A DNA stretch of 64,000 bases from the NCBI GenBank assembly GCA_009602725.1, contig WELB01000030.1, positions 626,447 to 690,446 on the forward strand, given 5' to 3'. The notes beneath the pieces were generated by a model. It was not told the DNA's origin. It saw only the letters and a program-made list of their open reading frames with translations, and ran no database searches. The translations under genes and the position numbers were made by a program. Positions 52,791 through 64,000 of the stretch are shown one piece after another. The stretch comes from Spirogloea muscicola. Taxonomy: Eukaryota. Position 1 is the first letter of the stretch. Every line of letters begins with the position of its first letter.

Positions 52791-55157
52791 CTAAGCAGAG
52801 GTGATCAACAGTGACAGGAGTGCAATGAGTGCCTGAAGAGCATGGAGGAAATTCTCGTCCTTCTGGTTGTTGTATGTCACATGGGCAAAATCCACAAGCC
52901 GTGTGCTGAGCTTCCGGGCCTGCTCGGCGGTGCTGTCCATGCCTCCCTCGGCCTTCAGGTCGCCTCCCTCATAGATGAAGAGCACCGATGCTGAGTAGAA
53001 CTGGTAGCTTTGCTGCACTTCAAACCTGTACACAATCACAAGATGCGGTAATGAGGACTTGCTGCTTAACAAGCACGGTCAATATAACCTTGTGTGATTA
53101 AGCACAAGCGAAGCACTTTTCCAACACAAGACAGGGCGTTAAATCTGGTGCGTGGATGCAGACTCCATATTGCTAGAATGCTTGCCAGGTGGGCAAACCG
53201 TTCAAAGGCCCTATGGCATATCAATGCATATGTCCAAAGATCTGCAGCAAGAAGTGCTGTCCCAGCTATGAAGAACGTTCAATCAAGTCTGGAAAGAGGT
53301 ATATCATGAAGGAGTCAAGGAAAGAGAGTTACAAAGTTCATCTGTCAATGCCAGGCGAGTTAAGTGCTAACCAGCTCTTGAGCTCTTGCAGCTTCGCCAC
53401 CGCCTCAACATACACTTCATTTGCGTGCTTGCCATCGAATGGAGCCTCGTCTTGACTACAGTTGGACGACACGAATCTGAGAAGCACCGAGTGCATCTCG
53501 CTTGACTTTATATTCTTACACCACTTCCGGTCTGCGCGCCACGTGGTCCCCTGTCTCTCATCATAGACCTGATTATATACAAGATAAGATCCAGGCCCAC
53601 AGTTGCCAAGAGTTGGTGACAAGTAGACTCACTGCTTGCTTACAAACACATTGTGGCACTGCAGGAAGGACACTAAGTTCTATTCTTTCGAGTATACATT
53701 GGGTGTTTACTAGGGTGGCAAAGCTTAGATTCCCTCTCAAACAACTTACACAAGATGTCCCAAAATTCTTGTGAATGTATTCTCTACTTAAAAGCAGAGT
53801 GCTGTGACTGCTCGGATGCGACATGCACCTGCATGCCCCCTAACCTGAAGCCCAACTCGCCTGACGTGGTCGAAGCATCCTTCTCTCTGCCAAAACCCAT
53901 GAGGTGGAGCTCAGAGATCGTTGAAGTCATCTGATTGGATGGTTACTGATGCGTACGACCTGCAATGCTATGCTGGCTATAAGCAGGCAGACAGACTGAC
54001 TTGATGAGAGGCCACAGAAAGGCCTGCAATTGACGACAAGCAGACAGACAAACAGACTTAATGGAAAGCCATGGAAAGGCTTGTCTTCCAACTCACTTGC
54101 ACTTGGCAATGTAGGACTCGCTCGCTCCCTCGTGCCAAGTGCGCGCCCCCATCTTGAGGATCATGCCACTCGTCCAAGCATTTGACAGTCAGGCATCCTA
54201 AGCATGCCAGGTCTTCTTGAGCGCAAAGCTTGTGACCAGAGTATAGGCAGACTTATGTGCAGTGACATGAATGGGCTGGTGAAAGAGCTCCCACCTTGAT
54301 GTCAGCCACAGATGGGTGCTTGAACCCATGTGTCAGGTCCTCAAGGACTGCATGCTGTGTACGAAGTCAAGGTATCTTAAGGTAAGGTATGCCCTTTTGA
54401 GTCACGAGAGCTAGGTCATATCATGTCAAGAAAGCAATCTCACTGAGTATCGCAGAGCAGCAATTGCAAATGCCTCCATTAAATTCCTGCAGCAATTCAT
54501 TAGTCGCCCCAGTGACCATTGGCTACTGGTGCTCTCAACGTGAAGAGGGTAGGGCAGAGGGGATATTGCAAAATCCGCTGCCATCCTCTGCGGTTACAAC
54601 GACCGTCCCATAGTACCGCGGAAAGTAAGCCAAGATGTTCTTAGGAACGCTCTCGTCCGCCTGGATCTTCTCATAGAAGCTCGTCTCCTGGTCACCCCTT
54701 TCACCTCCCTGCAGCGGCTTGTAGAACCTGCCGCTCTCGTCAACGAGCGACCCTCTTCGCCCCTCTGACAGCCGCCAGATCAGGATCGACGTGTCAGGTC
54801 ATACAGCACTAACAGACAGTGTCTAACAGGAGTACAAATTTGACTGCCACAGAATCGCTCGATAATTTACTGTCCTTATGCATACTAAAGCCTGATTTAG
54901 ACCCTCACGCCTGGTCACCGCAGACTTTCTGACGTAGAGCACATTGGCAGCTCTTTTGCACGTCAAGGGCTAGAGGCAGTAAGCAAGGCAGCAAGCCTCT
55001 CCTTACCTGTTCCTCGGAGCACAACGGAGCCCGTGCTCGTGTGACCGAGGTTGAGATGCTGAGTGCCAGTCATTACCTTCAAAGCGGTGGCCAGACACCT
55101 GGTGGGCAGACGGCCTGAGGTTCTGCAGCCGGCGACGTGGCAGACTGGGCCAAGCAT
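52791..55157 (-). CDS. IPK2: Inositol polyphosphate multikinase (IPK2/IPMK), multi-exon
   Basis: MLGPVCHVAGCRTS|EGRRGSLVDESGRFYKPLQGGERG..YFPRYYGT, LEDLTHGFKHPSVADIKMGARTW (PxxxDxKxG motif), FYSASVLFIYE and LVDFAHV. Confidence 0.92.
54357..54566 (-). other. Probable U12-type AT-AC intron in IPK2
   Basis: 5' end ATATCCCCT, branch-like CCTTGAC at 54372-54366, 3' end ...TACAC. Splicing here restores DGSGFCKHAVLEDL in frame. Confidence 0.75.
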
Positions 55158-55621
55158 GAGCACCGTTACAGGGCTTGCGTCGGGTTGGTGGTGTAGGAGC
55201 TCAACATGAAGAAGACGGTGGCCAGATGTGCATGCAATGGGGCCATGCATCGCACATTCCCCAGCAATGCTGAACGTCAACGTGCCGCGCTCGTCAAGAG
55301 AGACCGGCGATCTGCCAGGGCTTAACCCTGACCCTAGTCCCGAATGCTGGCCAAGCGCAGCGTACAGGCGGCGGCGGCTGGTCCATGGCGTCCCCGGCGA
55401 CGGTGCCGCGACGCCGAGACGGCTGAGGCCTTCAGCGGCGACGGCACTCGTCTCGTTCGCCCCGCAGTGCCGCCGGCGCGGAGGCCTCCTGGCGGCCGTT
55501 GGCGAAGCGACGAGCTCTAATGGCACCGGCGGCTATGTTTATTTAACGGCAAAGCCCAAACCCCCGGAGTGGCCTTGGCAAACCCTAAAGCCGTAGCCCT
55601 GCCCTCGTGCCGCAGCGCCTC

Positions 55622-55662
<41 letters not shown>

Positions 55663-55666
55663 AGCN

Positions 55667-59276
<3,610 letters not shown>

Positions 59277-60117
59277 AGCAGAGACACACACTTGCGCTCC
59301 TGCATTTGTGAGTCGAAGTTGGAGCTCCTGTGGCTTCACACAACAGGCTCCGCCCTTGCACTTGCCAGCCCAATTGCTTCTATGCTGGCATGGACAGAAG
59401 GCATTCAATAGGTCGCAGCAGATTCTGGACCTTCAGATTGACATGGGCACGGCAACGGCCTGGCAAGGTTGGGCTGTCGCCAATAGAAAGCTGGGCTTTC
59501 AATTCTCAGGATGATGTGAAAGTGTAGCTCCCCACCCCCAGCCTTGTACTTGGTGTTGATTGAGACAGACTGGCGGACATGTCGTCAGGTGAGTCCTGTG
59601 AGGAAAGGGCGAAGAGGCCAGTGGGGGGCTGCCAAACCCAATGTCAAGTCATGGCAGTACTTATCACAGTAATCTACATTGCCTGTCACACACCTGCATA
59701 AGGTCCATAGCACCACCCTGCCCATTGATCACCCCGAGGCCAACATACTGCACCATATCTAACTTCCAGGCGCTACCATCCTGCTGTTGAAAGCAGCTTC
59801 TCAGTCAGTGCTCCTCGGAGCAAAGCTGGCACCTTACAGTGCCTGCGCGGGGCCATTCCTTGCGCATAGTGGATACCGACAAACAATGAACAGTTGCATA
59901 TAAAGACAGCAACACTTGACTAACAATTGGGCAGGTGAACGCACAAAAGTTGCAAGAATGCTAGCGCTAATCACCACTTCAGATGAATGGTGCCAGTGAC
60001 TTTGTCGCCAAGGTTGACTAGCTTCACAAGTAGAGCTCCATATACAACAATGTAAGAGATGGTGTAGTGTGATAAGGTGGTGGCTGCCGATAAGTGCAGG
60101 CCCTGCAAGAACTTGCT

Positions 60118-62148
60118 CTACTCCTGCATAGCGTCTCCGTTGACCACGGTCACCAGTTTTGATAGCGGCTGCCGGTTCGTTGTCAAGACAGCTGCAGCGT
60201 GGCGCACAGGACAAGGTGTTAGCAATGGTCAGCTGCATCTCAACATACACTTAATGTGTAGCACCATAACTGCCAAGCTCCATTCTCTTCTCAAACTGAA
60301 CAACAAATTTGTCTCCATTCAAAGTCAGCAGGCCAGCAGCCAGTTGTAGGCAAGGCTTGTGCTCACGTGTGTGGCCCTTGCTGAAGCTGTAGCCCTTGCT
60401 CCGGACGTATGTCCGTGGGTTGGGCTTCTCGTAGTTCCTGAGATACTCTCTGCCATCCTGGCATTCATACAAAGTGTCACAGTTTATAGCTAGTGCCAAA
60501 AACGAAAACACTATCCTTCGCTGCTCCAGACACTCACGTTGAACAAAGAGGCTAACACCCAGATGACGTATTAGGGTATTCCACCTTGTTGTACACCATG
60601 GAGCTTCTCCTTAAGTACGTCAACACAAGGGCCGTACCTTCACTATCACGCAGATGTCCACGTTGCTGCCGGAGCCCAGGTCGTTGAAAATGCCAGCCCG
60701 GACAGCCATAGCCACCAGTTCAATTGCCTCCTCTCTCTGCGAACAAGCCAATGACCGGAGGTTTGTCAGCAAGTCATGAAAGCACAGATTCTTGAGATCA
60801 GCTTGCTCGGTCAGCAAGGGCGTCAGATACTTAAGCTGCAACTTGAGTGCTCGGTTCTCAGCCTCTATGCTGCAGCGACTCCACTTAATGGGATTAATCA
60901 CGTGAGCAATATAAGAGTACAGACAGGTTCTCCACAAAAAGCCAGGATCTGCTTGTGCAGGTGGAGGAGGTGGTGGAAGTTACCGTCATGTCCTCCTTGT
61001 ATCGAGACTCGAAGATGGACATTGCGGCAAGTGATCCGGAGCCCATGGTTGCATAAGGAAGCGAGTCCGTGGAGCCGTGCGGGTAGACCTGACAGCATAT
61101 CAAGGAGCGCAGGGGACAGCAGACCGTCAGAGGCATCAAAATCAGCACAGTCACCACAACAGCAACGTTGATGTCACAGGCATGCGCAGCAATTGGACTA
61201 GCACCAGTCAGTATAACGTGCAAAATTGGCGAAGCAAACGCCAATGAGTACCACTGACCGTGTGCAGGTGGGGGCCGCCGACGTCAACACCACCCAGAAC
61301 CAGTGCCGCGCTCACGTGGCCCTGGTACCTGTCAAGCAGCTTGGGCACCCACTTCAGGCGATCCATGCCATGACCGGCAGAGAGGAGAAGCCGGGGATGC
61401 ACGCCCGCCACTTCCGCGGCCTTAGCACTGGGCCAGCAGCCGGCAGCGGGGAAATCTACGGAAAACGGCGGAAAATTTACCGGAAGAGGTGGGACTTGAG
61501 GAGCGTGAGCGCGGTGACGACGCGCGACTGGCGGCCCGTCGCATACCGGTGGAGCTCCAGCTGCGAGCTGATCATGCCTGCACCGCAGGACGGCCGCCGC
61601 GGCGTGCGCCGCACGTCAGGCAGCGCCGAAACAGGCGCTGCAAGCGCAGAGTGGCGGCCAGAGCCGGGCCAGAGCCACTGACTGCCGCCTCCATCACCGC
61701 CGCCGCTCCGTGGGCCAGCCGTTTGTTTGCCCACTGAAGGCAACGCCGCCCATCAAGGCCGGCTCGCTGACAGTGAGCGCCGCCGCACCTGTGACGTTCT
61801 CGGTGTCGGCGGCGGTGCCGGCGCCGCAGCAGTAGATGTTGGGCGCGATGTAGTGGATCTTCTCGCAGTTCTTGTCGCACACGATGTCGCCCTCCGTCGC
61901 CCGCGTGTCCGCGCCCAGCACCACGCCCTCCTGCGCGCCGCCGCCAGAACCAGTTCAGCGCCGCCGCCGCTGCCGCCGCCGCCGCCGCTGCGGCCGCGAG
62001 GGCCGGGAGCAGCGAGGCGGAGACCTTGTAGATGACGCCGACGATGGTGGTGCCGGTCTTGCGCGCCGTCGGCGGCGCCACGCCCGCGGCGAGCAGCGCG
62101 GCGTTGCGCCGGCACAGCTCGAAGCTGAAGCCGCCGCCGCCGCCGCCG
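60118..62148 (-). CDS. PBB: 20S proteasome subunit beta type-7 / beta-2, start in gap
   Basis: [19 protein letters not shown] (propeptide cleavage site and catalytic Thr), [46 protein letters not shown] and [13 protein letters not shown]. Ends NGDAMQE*. Confidence 0.97.
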
Positions 62149-63100
62149 NNNNNNNNNNNNNNNNNNNNNNNNNNNNNNNNNNNNNNNNNNNNNNNNNNNN
62201 NNNNNNNNNNNNNNNNNNNNNNNNNNNNNNNNNNNNNNNNNNNNNNNNNNNNNNNNNNNNNNNNNNNNNNNNNNNNNNNNNNNNNNNNNNNNNNNNNNNN
62301 NNNNNNNNNNNNNNNNNNNNNNNNNNNNNNNNNNNNNNNNNNNNNNNNNNNNNNNNNNNNNNNNNNNNNNNNNNNNNNNNNNNNNNNNNNNNNNNNNNNN
62401 NNNNNNNNNNNNNNNNNNNNNNNNNNNNNNNNNNNNNNNNNNNNNNNNNNNNNNNNNNNNNNNNNNNNNNNNNNNNNNNNNNNNNNNNNNNNNNNNNNNN
62501 NNNNNNNNNNNNNNNNNNNNNNNNNNNNNNNNNNNNNNNNNNNNNNNNNNNNNNNNNNNNNNNNNNNNNNNNNNNNNNNNNNNNNNNNNNNNNNNNNNNN
62601 NNNNNNNNNNNNNNNNNNNNNNNNNNNNNNNNNNNNNNNNNNNNNNNNNNNNNNNNNNNNNNNNNNNNNNNNNNNNNNNNNNNNNNNNNNNNNNNNNNNN
62701 NNNNNNNNNNNNNNNNNNNNNNNNNNNNNNNNNNNNNNNNNNNNNNNNNNNNNNNNNNNNNNNNNNNNNNNNNNNNNNNNNNNNNNNNNNNNNNNNNNNN
62801 NNNNNNNNNNNNNNNNNNNNNNNNNNNNNNNNNNNNNNNNNNNNNNNNNNNNNNNNNNNNNNNNNNNNNNNNNNNNNNNNNNNNNNNNNNNNNNNNNNNN
62901 NNNNNNNNNNNNNNNNNNNNNNNNNNNNNNNNNNNNNNNNNNNNNNNNNNNNNNNNNNNNNNNNNNNNNNNNNNNNNNNNNNNNNNNNNNNNNNNNNNNN
63001 NNNNNNNNNNNNNNNNNNNNNNNNNNNNNNNNNNNNNNNNNNNNNNNNNNNNNNNNNNNNNNNNNNNNNNNNNNNNNNNNNNNNNNNNNNNNNNNNNNNN

Positions 63101-63290
63101 CCGGAAACACATCTGCACGACGTGTGTAGCCTAGATTGGCAATGTTTTGGAGGAGGGTGTGGAAACGAGGACCCAGACAACCAAAGACGTCGATTGCCGC
63201 TGGCAGGAGCTGATCGCATTGAGGGTAGTCGGAGTCATGCTGCAGCTTTCTTTGTTCTGCAACGCCCACTGCGTGACCAGCGATGTGTGT
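63101..63290 (-). mobile_element. Non-LTR retrotransposon REL-endonuclease C-terminal relic
   Basis: GVAEQRKLQHDSDYPQCDQLLPAAIDVFGCLGPRFHTLLQNIA fits the AE..K..KY....F.P.A.E.FG..G pattern at the end of restriction-like endonuclease domains. Confidence 0.55.
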
Positions 63291-63316
63291 GGATGCTGGT
63301 CCCTTGTACGCCTCCG

Positions 63317-63350
63317 TAAACCCTAAAACCCGAAACCCTAAACCCTAAAA
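63317..63350. repeat. Short interstitial telomere-like (CCCTAAA)n tract
   Basis: aaaccctaaaacccgaaaccctaaaccctaaaa, i.e. plant-type TTTAGGG repeats on the minus strand. Confidence 0.8.
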
Positions 63351-64000
63351 GAATGAAGCAAGCTTCGAAGGGGGTGAGGGCTGTGAATGACAGCCATAAA
63401 TCGAGTAATGAGGTGCCTCCAACATAATCAAGTGTGTGCAGCGGGTGCAAGTTGCAGCCCAAGGACGAAAAGTGCCTCCCATGACATTACATTGATAACG
63501 CAAGGCAAGCCAAGAAGAGCCAAGAAGAGGGCGACAACTGCTGATCAGAGAATGAGCGAGCTAGAGGAGAAAACGCCCCACTCAGCGGCACAGCAAATTG
63601 AGGAGTTGGTATATTCGTCAAACAACTTGACTAGAAGTAGCTTATTTTTGTAAGAAAGCCGCGCCCGCCATGGCCTTGGCGACGGCGGCGGCTGCGACGG
63701 CGGCGGCTGCGACGGCGGCGGCGGCTGGGGAGCGACCGGACTAGGAGGGCCCGAAGTTGTTGAGAAGAGCCGAGGGCAGCCTGCCCTCCAGTGTCTTATG
63801 ACCCCGGCCCGACCCGCAGGAAATCGCGGGGAGGCTGAGCTGGTCGGCCAGCCCGGCAGATAAGCCGCTGACCTGTCAACCAGCGAGTGAAGGCCCATGC
63901 CATCCACCCACTCCTAGGTCAAAAGCCCTAGACCTCGTCTACCGCTGTCTGTGATGAGCGTTCCAAGGCGCTCCAGCGCAGCTCCACACAAAACAGCTAG

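Overview
Gene-dense, intron-rich eukaryotic nuclear DNA from a gapped draft assembly. Plant-type proteins (ADP/ATP carrier with N-terminal extension, ASG2, AMY1-type alpha-amylase, IPK2) and a probable U12 intron suggest a streptophyte, probably an alga (inference). Thirteen spliced genes are recognisable: TM9SF/TMN, AAC, LAG1 ceramide synthase, TMEM147 (partial), ASG2/WDTC1, RCE1/FACE2, GCN5, a J-domain protein, alpha-amylase, XPC/RAD4, an OTU deubiquitinase, IPK2/IPMK and CNOT11, plus a fourteenth, proteasome beta-2 (PBB). Most lie in head-to-head pairs whose very GC-rich, (CCG)n-containing 5' ends fall in assembly gaps. A ~14.7 kb repeat island (25.9-40.5 kb) holds the most unusual structure: a ~6 kb palindrome with a ~100 bp loop. 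Each outer end carries an uninterrupted C-terminal half of a PstS-like phosphate-binding protein followed by AT-rich DNA. The two coding segments differ by about 1 nt, while their flanks are clearly diverged. The island also contains Ty3/gypsy and non-LTR retroelement relics. Multi-exon genes are given as overall spans; exon limits were read by eye and no database search was run.
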